20,000 bases of DNA from Chiloscyllium plagiosum (Eukaryota): NCBI RefSeq assembly GCF_004010195.1, contig NC_057719.1:34287220-34307219 (forward strand), read 5' to 3'. How positions within the stretch are numbered: position 1 is the first letter of the stretch; each line of letters opens with the position of its first letter. Below the pieces are notes generated by a model that had not been told where the DNA came from, made no database searches, and saw nothing but the letters and a program-made list of their open reading frames with translations. A program made the translations under genes and the position numbers. Of this stretch, positions 10,515 through 20,000 are shown piece after piece.

Positions 10515-10670
10515 AGAACCATAGAACATCGAACATCGAACATTACAGCGCAGCCCTTCAGTCCTTGATGTTGCATCAACCTGTGGAACCAATTTGAAGC
10601 CCATCTAACCTACACTATTCCATTCTTATCCATATGCCTATCCAATGACCATTTAAATGCCCTTAAAGTT
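10515..10670 (-). mobile_element. CR1 LINE 3' end (strongly 5'-truncated)
   Basis: 7-bp tail repeats (GAACAT-based, 10515-10543), the reverse complement of the tail type at 3944-3968, followed by 3' UTR and the ORF2 end (minus strand AFKWSLDRHMD). Confidence 0.8.
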
Positions 10671-11063
10671 CAGATTCAAATATCACATATGTGTCATGCA
10701 CAAATCAGAGGGCAGGAGATTGTGGTCTTTTCAAGAAAATACATTTCTCATGTTAACCAACAAAGATTTTAGTAAGGGTTGGGCCTAAAGGACATACCAT
10801 GGCAACATTAATGCATCATTAGAAGAGATTCTGCTCTTGAAAATTACAGGTAGTTCTTCTGTAACATGATGCTTGCGTTCTTGTGCAACCCTATGTTATC
10901 AAAACATCGCACTTTAGAAATAGCACTTAAAGCGTTGACGATGTATTCATGTCATAACCGACACATTTTAAAAGTTTGTGCTGGGGAAACAATGTCTCCA
11001 GTTCGTCATTCACATTACAGTGAATTTGTTTTAAAGAAATGTGTGTTATAACAGAATAACCTG

Positions 11064-11485
11064 CATTTACTAAATAATTTACTACACTAATACTTACAAT
11101 GGAAACTATTTAAGATCATTATGTCAAACTGATAGAGTGATGCACTTACATGTACTAGAAGCTACAGATATAGATACACAGGACCCTCTTTTATGAAAGC
11201 AAAAGGAATTCATACAAACATTGCACCTTTTTCAAAAGTAGGTGTCTTGGAGACAGCCAATCTCTACTGCATCCCTCTGGCAACACCTTAACAAATCATA
11301 ACCCACCTGCCTGATCTGAGAATTAAGATTGATAGTTAACTGTTCTTCCGTAACTCCGTACCACTGATGGCCCAACCAATCAGCACCATCTTCTCATGCT
11401 GTGTAAAATGGTGTCTCTTTCCTGCAATTTAGTTTGTATGTTTTAGTTCTTGTGAGTGCAAAATGCAAAGCTTGCTGCTTGTATC
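11064..11485 (+). mobile_element. Old Penelope-like element 3' fragment (GIY-YIG C-terminus + pLTR relic)
   Basis: HLLNN (11064) and FKII (~11109), then 11143-11241 HLHVLEATDIDTQDPLL*KQKEFIQTLHLFQK*, resembling a PLE GIY-YIG terminus (LEAxxI...P.LCxQKE). Then a CCAAT box (~11377) and a decayed HHR-like CTTGTGA-GTGCAAAAT-GCAAAGCTT (11449-11473). Confidence 0.65.
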
Positions 11486-11761
11486 CTATCAGAAATATTT
11501 AAATTCTGAACTACTGAGAAACTATACATGAGATTTGTAAAAAAGGATTTGCATTGTTTTCCACAGTCTTCTGGATCGCAAACTTGAGATCTTAACTCTT
11601 TATTTCCTGTAACAAGGGATTACATCACAGAGATCTTTTTTCTTTCCTGAGCTTTAACTTTGTCCAAAACATTATAATCTGGTTTTAATTTATTTTAAGA
11701 AAAAGGAGATGATAATAATCTGTTGGCTCCTTTCCATTGGAGACATGTAGATTTGTCCTTG

Positions 11762-11946
11762 TGATTAGATTACTTACAGTGTGGAAACAGGCCCTTTGGC
11801 CTAACAAGTCCACACGGACCCTCTGAAGAACAACCCACCCAGACCCCTGACCCCTGACACCACGGGCAATTTAACATGGCCAATTAAACCTAGGTGTCTG
11901 GCGCTGTGAGGCAGCAGTGCTATCCACTGTGCCACTGTGCCACCCC
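11762..11946 (-). mobile_element. HE1-like SINE with internal deletion
   Basis: Head GGGGTGGCACAGTGGCACAGTGGATAGCACTGCTGCCTCACAGCGCCAG and tail (CCTGTTTCCACACTGTAAG) match the 7286-7648 copy, but the B box and V-domain are missing (fusion near 11885-11895). Confidence 0.82.
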
Positions 11947-12130
11947 AGGTTTATCTCTCCCTGAAATTACATACTTAAAAATAGGAGCCAGGACTAGGCC
12001 ATTCGCACCTTGAACTTGCTCTGCCATTCATGGCTGACCTGATTGTGGCCTTAATTTTGCTGCCATACCAACTACCAATATCCCATGATTCCCTTGTAAG
12101 TCAAATATCTATCTAGTTCTTCACTAAATA

Positions 12131-12662
12131 CAGAAATCACACTTTACCAGGTTATAGTCCAACAGGTTTACAGAGGGGCCTTGATTATCCAGCAATCAAT
12201 TAACTGAATTTCGGATTAGCCGAACAAGATCGCAAAGTCCTGATGCTTGGCGAGCTATTATCCAGCATTCAATTATCCAGCATTCGATTAACTGAACAAA
12301 ATACTCCCGCCTGTGTCCTTCAGATACAGGTTCCTCTGTATTTGGAAGCACTAACTTTCAGAGAACTGCTCCTTCATCAGGTGGTTGTGGAGATCATAGG
12401 ACACAAAATGTTTAGCAAAAGATTACAGTGTCATACAGTGATATATTGAATTAACCTGGATTGTTAAGCCTTTCATCTTTTAGAATATAGGTTTCAGTTC
12501 ATTAATATATATATGCTATAAATTCTGTGTCTTATGATTTCATACTCCACAACCACGTGATGAAGGAGTAATGCTCCGAAAGCTAGTTCTTTCAAATAAA
12601 CTTGTTGGACTATAACATGGTGTTGTGTGATTTCTAACTTTGTCCACCTCAGGCTCCTCTAC
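12131..12662. mobile_element. Fold-back (inverted pLTR) Penelope-derived non-autonomous element with an HHR in each arm
   Basis: Left arm 12132-12170 + 12341-~12417 is the imperfect reverse complement of right arm ~12514-12635. HHR (-) CAC-CTGATGA-AGGAGCAGTTCTCT-GAAAGTTA-GTG at 12349-12383; HHR (+) CAC-GTGATGA-AGGAGTAATGCTCC-GAAAGCTA at 12554-12585. Possible TSD TAAATA (12125-12130, 12668-12673). Confidence 0.85.
12171..12338. mobile_element. Tc1/mariner superfamily (Tigger/pogo-like) MITE, 168 bp
   Basis: TA duplication (12169-12170, 12339-12340). Termini CAGAGGGGCCT and AGGTTCCTCTG (9/11 inverted). Internal ATTATCCAGCA at 12184, 12257 and 12272. Removing it restores the match to the opposite PLE arm. 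Confidence 0.88.
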
Positions 12663-14074
12663 TTAATTAAATATATTCAGTGACACTGCTTCCACCACTG
12701 TCTGATGAAGAGAAGTTCACAAGTTCAGAGCCCCCTGAGAGAAAAAAAATCTCCTCTATTTTAAATGAGCGACACCTTAACTTTAAACAGTGTCCCCTGG
12801 TTCTCGTCTCTCTCACAAGGAGAACCTATATTGCAGCATCTTATCTTCAGGTCACCTCTGGATTTTACGTATTTCAATAAGATGCAATCTTCTAAACTCC
12901 ATTAGATACAGGCCCAATCTGTCCGACCATTTTTCCTAAAATAATCCTCTAATCCCAGAAATCATTTGGTAAAGTGTGATTTCTGTATTTCACTGAACTG
13001 AACTGCTTTGAATTATTTCTTTAATATGAAGACCAAATGTTTACACAGTCCTCTTGGTATGATTCTACTAGTGCCCTGTACGAAGCTTTGTAACTTGTAT
13101 TTTCCTTTACCCTTGCAATAACTTGCAATATTCCATTTGCTATCCTGATCACTTGCTGTACCTGCATATTAATGTCTTGTAATTCATTTTGTGACCTTGT
13201 GAATTATTTGCTACGTGTTCCTGATTGTCCCAAAAGCGGCAATGATTGTAATATAATCACAAAGCCAGTGTTGGAATGTAAATCACTTGATCTCTTTCTT
13301 GCTTAAGAGATTCATATTTATCCATATTGTGAATGAACAAATCACATTTTCAATCTTTGTTTTCAAGTACAGAACAATGCATTAACAATTCATTTTTTTT
13401 AAGGAACATTTTACACTGAGACAGGACTTTGCAATGACTTTGGATCTGTTACATCCACTTTGAAGAAAACACTGTCAATTTTGCTTGGATTTGATTCCTG
13501 AATCCTCATCTCTTTTTTTGGAAGTTACAGAAGGCTTTTATTTTTCATCAAAGAAATGAATGTATAAATATGGTGATTAAAATTCTGCCTCACACATTAC
13601 ATAGGATGCATTCACAATGGAAAGAATAGAAAGAAGCAAAAGACTAAAGGGTAAAACAATGTACCATGAGGAAAGATTAGATCACATTCTACAGTCCGGT
13701 GAGCATGGCAGTTAAAGCTGGACATGATGAAACAATAAACTATTAACATCAGTAAAGCAGGAAATCAGCAGCAAAGAACATCAATACAATTTAGTGAAAA
13801 GTCAATTTGTTAATTTATAACAGACATCAGGATGTCCTGCTTTACTCAAGGGAGCACTAAATTGTTCAAATAATCTGCCAAGTCAGGTAGCATGCCAAAG
13901 AACTGAGATGTTAAAATACAGTGAACTGCAAAGATACTTTGAACTTAAAAGATGAACCTTGACGGACTAAATTGCAATGTTCTCATTACCAAATGCGATG
14001 AAAGATGTATCATGTAATCTTTTAGAGCTTGCATTTCAAACTGGAGGCATATGCATGTCGGTCGCTTCAACAAA

Positions 14075-14452
14075 CATACATTCCCTCCACTACTAATGTG
14101 CAGCAGCAGTGTATGCCATCTAAAAGATGCACTGCATAAATTTGCCAAGGCTCCTTAACCCACAACCACTACCATCTAGAATAACATGTGCCACAGATAC
14201 ATAGAAATACAACCACCTGCTTGTTCCCCTCCAAGCCATTCACAATCCTGATTTGGAAATATATCACCTTTCTTATACTGTCGCTGAGTCAAAATCCTGG
14301 AACTCCTTCCCTCATATCACCAGGTGTAACGACAGCAAATGGAATGCAGCAATTTAAGCAGGCAACTAGCCATCAACATCTCAAGGTCAACTAGAGATAG
14401 GCAATAAATGTTGGCCCAGCCAATGCAGTCTATATTTTTCAATGAAAAAAAT
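14075..14452 (+). mobile_element. Old CR1/L2-group LINE 3' end
   Basis: AAAATCCTGGAACTCCTTCCCT (KSWNSFP), then tail GGCAATAAATGTTGGCCCAGCCAA...AATGAAAAAA. Homologous in inverted orientation to ~17395-17790. Confidence 0.75.
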
Positions 14453-14486
14453 AATCTGGCTGTCCTAGTTTGTGAATAACAATAGG

Positions 14487-14952
14487 TTCGTATGTAGGTA
14501 CAGCAATTAATTTGGAAAGCTAATGGAAAGTTATCATTCATTGTGGGAAGTATTAAGTACTAAATAGGAAGACTGTGCTTCATTTTACAGAGCATTTGTT
14601 AAACTATCTCATCATGTACTTCTTGTGGAACAATTTAAAATTGAAGTTACTGTATAAAATAAGGGTTTATCATGTGAGGTAATGGTTTATCATGAAGGTT
14701 TAAAATAAGGGTTTATCATAATATTTTATCACAATGAGCTGTGAATCTTTGGAAATCTTTTCCTCAAAAGGTGGTGGATACAGACTTTGAATATTTTTAT
14801 TGCAGTGGTCAATAGTTTCTTGAATAGGAGGTGAAAGGTGATCAGGATAGATAGGCATGTGGAGTAATCAGATCAGATATGATCTTGCTGAATGATGAAG
14901 CAGTCTTAAGGGACTGACAAGCCTTCTCTTGCACTTATTTCATGTTTATATA
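14487..14952 (+). mobile_element. Old CR1 3' fragment with internal deletion and local duplications
   Basis: QQLIWKANGKLSFI motif (~14500-14541), GTGAATCTTTGGAA (VNLW), and a CR1-type 3' UTR/tail to ~14950. Confidence 0.7.
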
Positions 14953-15624
14953 TAAGATAAATGTTTCTCAAAACCTGTTACTTTGTACCAATAAATTCAT
15001 AAACATGATGAAAACAATTCCATCTGCACACCATGAAAAAGTTCTATAGATTGCACTGCAACTGCAAGAAGAGCAACAGACTGGATTGTAAAGAAGTTGG
15101 GTTATGAGGAGAGAAACATTGTGTTAAAAAGTTTCTGTTAATTTAAGGCTGTAGAAGAATGCTACATGTTCGAAATAATTTGCCAAGTTATTTAATAGCC
15201 AGAAACCAATGGCCCGATTTGAACCATCAGCAGGTAGCAGATGGCTATCCCCATGGCAGTTTGAGTGATGATCTGACAAGTTTTAATGCAGTGACTGATT
15301 GGAATGTTGCAAGTCAGTTAATCTGTTTCAGCAGACCTCCATCTTCCAGCAAAACATGAAATGCTCCTTTGTAGTTTCCTAATTGACCTCTATAAAGCAT
15401 ATGGATCAATATTCCTGCCATTCAATCGTTAATTAAATGTACCTACTATTATTTGATGATCAATTGTCCTTTTTTTTATAAATGGGACAGGTTTCACTAA
15501 AGCAGTTCATTAGCTGAATAAAGAGATATTTAGGCTTTTGAAGCAGAGTTAAGAAAAGTCTGTCACCAGTTTCTGAAATGTTTAATGTTATGAAAATGGA
15601 ACTCATACCCTCTCCAACCTCTAA

Positions 15625-15662
15625 CTCTCTCTCTCTCTCTCACACACACACAAACACACACA
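15625..15662. repeat. Compound (CT)8(CA)~11 microsatellite
   Basis: Read directly; one interruption in the CA run. Confidence 0.95.
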
Positions 15663-16041
15663 GAGTCTGAACCTCATCATTTGGATAGGATTAGCTAGCT
15701 GACTAAGAAATGGCAGTTTTGATGCTGAAGGTTACAAACGTCTTGCAGAAGAGATGATTAGAAATTTTCAGAAGTGTTAATACTTAACTGTAAATATGTC
15801 TCTGTAGAATCAGGATTAACTGAACAATTTGATAAATGTTAAGAGTTCATGCGACCAACTAAATCTTCAAAAGCATATAACTTGGTGAATGAAATTGTCC
15901 ATAAGTTTCAAAGATCAGAATAACATTAGAAAAAGCAAAATTATGGATGATCATTTTAGTTTTTATTATGAAATCCCTGGTTTCATTTTGCAGTTAAATC
16001 AAATTCACATTTATATACACAAAGCAACTGTACATCGTTTT

Positions 16042-17025
16042 TGACAGGGATGAAGGCTATCTCAGAGTACAATGGGACCATGATCAGATGGGCCAACGGG
16101 CTGAGGAGTGGCAGATGGAGTTCAATTTAGATAAATGTAAGGTGTTGCATTTTCGTAAGACAAACCAGGGCAGGACCTATACAGTTAATGAAAGGGTCCT
16201 GGGGATATTGCTGTACAAAGAGACCTAGGGATGCAGGTGCATAGTTCCTTGAAAGTGGAGCCGTACATATGCAGGATGGTGAAGAAGGCGTTTGGCATGC
16301 TTGCCTTTATTGGTCAGTGTATTGAGTATAAGAGTTGGGACATCATGTTATCGCTGTACAGGATATTAGTTAGGCACTTTTAGAATTTTGCATTCAATTC
16401 TGGTCTCCCTGCTATAGGAAGGATGTTTTTAAACTTGAAAAGATTTAGAAAAGATTTCTAAGGATGTTGGCAGAGTTGGAGGATTTGAGCTATAGGGAGA
16501 AGCTGAATAGGCTGGGGTTGTTTTCCCTGGAGCATCAGTAACTGAAGGGTGACCTTATGCAGGTTTATAAAATCATGAGGGGCATGGACAGGGTAAACAG
16601 ACAAATTTACTAGCATAGGGAGTCCAAAACTAGAAGGTATAGGCTTAAGGTGAGAGGGGAAAGATTTAAAAAGGGACCTGAGGGGTAACTTTTTCATGCA
16701 GAGGATGTTGCATGTGTGGAACAAATTGCCAGCGGAAATGGAGGAGATGGATAAAATTACAACATTTAGAAGGCATCTAGATGTGTATATGAATAGGAAT
16801 AAGAGGAATATGGGCCAAATGTTGGCAAATGGGACAACATCAGATTGAAAACAATGAGTGCTGGCAATCACAGTGGGTCAGGCAGCAACCATGGAGAGAG
16901 AACAAGTTAATGTTTCGAGTCTAGATGACACTTTATCAGAGCTGGGTCGGACTGGGATATCTGGTCGGTGCAGACAAGTTGGGCTAAATGGTTTGTTTCT
17001 GTGTTGTATAACTCTATGACTCTAT
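16042..17025 (+). mobile_element. 5'-truncated CR1 LINE (post-RT ORF2 C-terminus + 3' UTR)
   Basis: EWQMEFNLDKCKVLHF, RDLGMQVHSSLKVE, KKAFGMLAFIGQ, GDLMQVYKIMRG, GNFFMQR; tail ACTCTATGACTCTAT at 17011-17025. Interrupted at 16848-16944. Confidence 0.93.
16848..16944 (-). mobile_element. ~97 bp Penelope-derived HHR cassette inserted in a CR1 3' UTR
   Basis: Absent from the related CR1 at ~19365-19395. Minus strand CAGCT-CTGATAA-AGTGTCATCTAGACTC-GAAACATT-AACT. Degenerate TSD ATCAGATTG (16839-16847) / GTCGGACTG (16946-16954). Confidence 0.78.
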
Positions 17026-17394
17026 CTCTCCTTAGCAGCTCAGCAAGAAGATATAATAAGAAAGCATCTCACCCATTAAAATTGCTGTTGGCTCTTGGCA
17101 TAGCCACAGAAATCTCCATGTCTTCACCCTCATTGACTTCCCTTTGCTACATCAACATCAGCCCAATCTACCAGGAGAAGCAAGACAGGCAGTGAAAGTA
17201 TTACAGTACTTTAGGTATCAAAGCTCCTCTTTGAATCTAAATATGATCAATCAAACTACTCAAATCAATCAAAGTGACTGAGGGCAGAACATGACTTAGA
17301 TCTTACAAATAATGTGTTTAATGGATCACAGGATTCAAGGGTTGAAGATCATATGACTGTGTTAAGTCAGTCAGTATGTGAAATAGCAAGTTTT

Positions 17395-18190
17395 TGGTTG
17401 TTACTCACTTATGGGATGTGAGTCTCACCTGGATAGGTTATTGTTTGTTGTCCATTCCTAACTATCCTCAAAAAGATGGTGGTGAGCTGACTTCTTGAAT
17501 TGCTGCACCTATCTGGTGTAGGTGCGTGCAGAATGCCGTTATGAAGGGACCTCCATGGTTTTGGCCCAGCAACACTGAAGAAAAGGTGATACATTTCCAA
17601 ATCAGGATGGCGAGTGACTTGAGGTCAAACTTAGATGTGACAGTGTTCTTTTTCCTTCTAAATGGTCATGGTCATGGGTTTGGAAGATGCTGTCTAACAT
17701 GAATGTTTGCACTATATCTTGTAGATGGGAAACATTGCTGCTATTGAGCTTCAGTGGTGGAAGAATGGAATACTTATGGATGTGATGCCAATCAAGCAGG
17801 CTGCTTTCTCCTGAATAGTGTCAAGCATCTTGAGCGTTGTTGGAGCTGCACTCATTCAGTTGAGTAGAAAGTATTCCATCACACACTCCTGACTTGTGCC
17901 TTGTAGATGGTGGACTGCACTGGGGAGTCACAAATTGAGTCAACACAACCACAACATTCCTAGTCTCTGGTAGGCTCTTGTAGCCACAGTTGAGTTTCTG
18001 GTCAATAGTAACGCCCAAAATGTTGATAGTGGGGATTCAGTGATAATGATCCCACTGAATGTCAAGGAGCAAGGGTTAGATTTTCCCTTGATGGAGATGG
18101 TTATTGTCCGGCACTTGTGTGGCATTAATGTTATTTCCCACTTGTCAGCCCAAGCCTAGATATTATCAGGATCTTTTTGCATTTGGGTAT
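17395..18190 (-). mobile_element. Old CR1/L2-group LINE 3' portion (same family as 14075-14452)
   Basis: Reverse complement aligns by eye with 14075-14452 (CATCTACAAGAT, ATCCTGATTTGGAAAT, CTGGGCCAAAACCATGGAGGTCCCTTC). Upstream decayed post-RT motifs (ADKWEITLMPHKC, ILGVTIDQKLN). Confidence 0.78.
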
Positions 18191-18194
18191 GTAA

Positions 18195-19296
18195 TGACCC
18201 TGTCTGGCATAAGAGTAAAACAGGGAAAGTGGCTCAACCATGATTAAAAAGGGAAATCAGGAACAGTGTTAAAGACAAGGAGGAGACATATAAATTGACC
18301 AGAAAAACCAGCAAACCTGAGGACTGGGAGAAATTTAAGCTTCAGCAGTGGATGCCAAAGGGTTTAATTCTGAAAGGAAAATAGAATATGAAAGTAAATT
18401 TCAGAAAACATAAAAACTGATTGCAACAATTCTTTAGATATGTGAAGAGAAAAAGACTGTTGAAAACAAAAGGAGGTCCCTTGTAGTTAGAATCAGGCAA
18501 ATTCATAATGGACAACAAAGAGATGGCAGGACAGATTAAACAAATACTTTAGATCTGTCTTCACTAAGGAGGACACAAATAATGTTCAGGAAATGTTTAG
18601 TGTCAGAAGGTCAAGCATGAAGGAGGAAATGAAGGAAATCTTTATTAATCAGGAAATGGTATTGGGAAATTGGGATTAAAACCTGATAAGGCCCCAGGGC
18701 CTGATGCTCTGCATCCCAGAGTACTTAAGGAAGTGCCTAGAAATAGCAGACACATTGATGATCATTCTCCAGCATTATGTAGACTCTGGAAGAGTTCCAA
18801 TGGCCTGGAGGGTAGCTAATGTGACTCCACTCTTTAAATAAAGGAGGGAGAGGGAAAATAAGGAATTATAGGCCAGTTAGCCTGACATCGGTGATAGGGA
18901 AAATGCTGGAGTTAATTATTAAAGATGCGATAACTGAGCATTTTGCAAGGAGTGACAAAATTGGTCCTAGTCAGCATGGATTCACTAAAGGGAAATCATG
19001 CTTGACAAAACTTCTGGCTTTTTTTGAGGATATAACCAGTAGAGTAGGCAGTATTGAATCAGTAGAAATTGTGTATCTAGGCTTTTGACAAGGTTCCACA
19101 TCACAGTTTTGTAAGGAAAATGAAAGCTCATGGCATCAGAGGTGATGTATTGACATGAATAGTGAACAGGTTGGCAAACAGCAAGTAGAGAGTTGGAATA
19201 AACAAGTCCTTTTCAGAGTGACAGGCAGTGATGAGAGGGGTGTCGTGGGGTTCAGTGCTGGGACCCCAACTGTTCACAATGTACTTTAACGATTTG
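18195..19296 (+). mobile_element. CR1 ORF2 internal fragment (linker + RT), cut by a younger CR1
   Basis: KAPGPDALHPRVLKE, WRVANVTPLF, NYRPVSLTSVIGKMLE, QHGFTKGKSCLTKL, GSVLGPQLFTMYFNDL; stops just before the expected FADD motif. Confidence 0.9.
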
Positions 19297-19301
19297 AGTA
19301 C

Positions 19302-20000
19302 AGTCATAGAGTCATAGAGATGTACAGCATGGAAACAGACCCTTCGGTCCAACCCGTCCATGCCGACCAGATATCCCAACCCAATCTTGTCCCACTTGCC
19401 AGCACCCAGCCCATATCCCTCCAAACCCTTCCTATTCATATACCCATCTAAATGCCTCTTAAATATTGCAATTGTACCAGCCTCCACCACATCCTCTGGC
19501 AGCTCATTCCATATGCGTACCACCCTCTGCATGAAAAAGTTGCCCCTTAGGTCTCTTTTATATCTTTCCCCTCTCACCTTAAACTTATGCCGTCTAGTTC
19601 TGGACTCCCCAATCCTAGGGAAAAGACTTTGCCTATTTATCCTATCCATGCCCCTCATAATTTTGTAAACCTCTATAAGGTCACCCCTCAGCCTCCGATG
19701 CTCCAGGGAAAACAGCCCCAACCTGTTCAGCCTCTCCCTGTAGCTCAGATCCTCCATTCCTGGCAACAACCATGTAAATCTTTTCTGAACCCTTTCATGT
19801 TTCACAACATCTTTCCGATAGGAAGGAATCTAGAATTGCACGCAATATTCCAACAGTGGCCTAACCGATGTCCTGTACAGCCGCAACATGACCTCCCAAC
19901 TCCTGTACTCAATACTCTGACCAATAAAGGAAAGCATACCAAACGCCTTTTTCACTATCCTATCTACCTGTGACTCCACTTTCAAGGAGCTATGAACCTG
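19302..20000 (-). mobile_element. Relatively young CR1 LINE 3' portion, running off the window
   Basis: Minus-strand frame QVHSSLKVE...LEYCVQF*...ERVQKRFT...RGDLIEVYKIMRG...RIWNELP, with only one in-frame stop (19830-19832) and no visible frameshift. (CTCTATGA)n tail at 19302-19319. Confidence 0.95.

Larger units (their letters stand above)
11969..13190 (-). mobile_element. Old CR1-group LINE 3' portion, split by a PLE fold-back element (about 12131-12667)
   Basis: Tail at ~11969-12005. LINE sequence resumes at ~12668. Minus strand ~13165-13110 reads MQVQQVIRIANGILQVIAR, the CR1 post-RT KANGML-type motif. Confidence 0.75.

Noticed and set aside
12702..12708. CTGATGA as an additional hammerhead or C/D box
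   Set aside because: No stem II plus GAAA at suitable spacing, and it lies within LINE sequence.
805..16944. Strand bias of HHR cores (five of seven on minus)
   Set aside because: Too few independent events to distinguish from chance.
19128..19805. 225-aa minus-strand ORF as a host gene
   Set aside because: CR1 ORF2 C-terminus reading through its tail into the antisense of another CR1.
16458..19973. ORFs 16458-16871(-), 19360-19668(+), 19587-19973(+)
   Set aside because: Antisense frames of CR1 ORF2.

Overview
Eukaryotic, repeat-rich DNA, intronic or intergenic. The repeats (HE1/V-SINE-like SINEs, CR1 LINEs with short tandem 3' tails, Penelope-like pieces) point to a cartilaginous fish, probably a shark; this is inference from recalled repeat families, not a database search. 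No intact, recognisable host gene is present. About half the window is transposon-derived: a nearly full-length decayed CR1 LINE (1-3968; zinc finger/leucine zipper + SGNH esterase ORF1, APE-RT ORF2), about nine other CR1-group fragments, three tRNA-derived SINEs and one Tigger/pogo-like MITE. The most notable signal is six separate Penelope-like (PLE) insertions from several families, together carrying seven minimal hammerhead ribozyme (HHR) cores or relics. They include ~100-160 bp HHR cassettes with target-site duplications (TSDs), an inverted-end GIY-YIG fragment, and a fold-back element with an HHR in each arm inside a LINE>PLE>MITE nest. Three weak splice-site-based exon candidates are noted. 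All calls were made by eye and boundaries are approximate.
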